DNA of 45,993 bases from Octopus bimaculoides (lineage: Eukaryota): positions 4,452,462 to 4,498,454 of the forward strand of contig NC_068998.1 of the NCBI RefSeq assembly GCF_001194135.2, given 5' to 3'. Position numbers and translations under genes: made by a program. A model generated the notes under the pieces. It was not told the origin of the DNA. It did not search any database and saw only the letters and a list, made by a program, of their open reading frames with translations. Below are positions 45,423-45,993 of this stretch, piece after piece; position 1 is the stretch's first letter, and the number at the start of each line of letters is the position of its first letter.

Positions 45423-45993
45423 CGATATATATATATACATATATACATGTCTATATGTACATGCATGTATACATGCAATTGTATATACTTGAGCATGTGC
45501 ATATGTATATATGTGTGTGCGTGTATATGTGTGTGCGTGTGTTTATCTGTGTGTGTATATTTTGCATCTCTAAATGCGTCTATTCGTTTTCGTACACAGG
45601 AGTACACTCACACCCATCCAAGTGAACCAATTTTATTTAATACTATCCTCAAAGACGATTCCTCAATTACGACGGTAGGAATGGTGTAATATTAGCTTTG
45701 AAAGTAAAACGGTAAATGCTGGTTATAAAAGCAAGTATTGGTTGCGGAAAATCGAATTACGAAACAGCTTTGGAAAGCTAAATTTTATCGAAGAACAGAA
45801 TATATAATAATAGTGATCCTAGTACATTAATAGCTGATGTGTGTATCTCTTCTGACAAGCATGTGACAGAAAATGCTAATGAACAATAAGATATTCTAGC
45901 GTTTGTCTTTGAAGAAGAAATTGGTTCGGCTGTCTTCTGTTGTAGTATAATTGGATAAGTTAATCAACTGCATGTTACACACACACACACACA

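Larger units (their letters stand above)
1..45993. other. Fragmented assembly: about 19 N-gaps flanked by (TA)n/(TG)n/trinucleotide microsatellites
   Basis: N-runs e.g. 1891-2528, 20310-21270, 36486-37421, 42097-42649; most abut simple repeats; long ORFs in the track simply run through them. Confidence 0.95.

Noticed and set aside
1-45993. CRISPR arrays, rRNA or prokaryotic/viral systems
   Set aside because: No regularly spaced repeat-spacer array, rRNA-like stretch or compact gene cluster; the 31-bp array has no unique spacers.

Overview
AT-rich, repeat-saturated eukaryotic DNA from a gappy draft assembly: about 19 N-gaps, roughly 6 kb by hand count, almost all bounded by microsatellites. 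The SINE families and extreme microsatellite load suggest an octopod cephalopod (inference, not checked). No protein-coding gene can be called with confidence; nearly all supplied ORFs are translations of microsatellites or N-runs. Supportable content: (i) dozens of copies of at least four tRNA-headed SINE families, including a bipartite CORE-like element with an internal microsatellite, a nested insertion with a 12-bp TSD and a SINE dimer inside one 15-bp TSD; (ii) decayed protein-coding remnants of three non-LTR groups: Penelope-like GIY-YIG (18.55-19.08 kb), HERO-like RLE C-terminus (23.1-23.4 kb) and Tx1/L1-like ORF2 end (38.1-38.7 kb); (iii) several type I hammerhead-ribozyme-like motifs with palindromic helix III in short Penelope-type elements that often end in (TA)n, the best at 32000-32044; (iv) a 31-bp minisatellite; (v) a few low-confidence candidate exons and promoter-like patches. 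The best lead for an undescribed system is the set of hammerhead-bearing non-autonomous elements (possible retrozyme-like RNAs). All alignments were done by eye and element boundaries are approximate.
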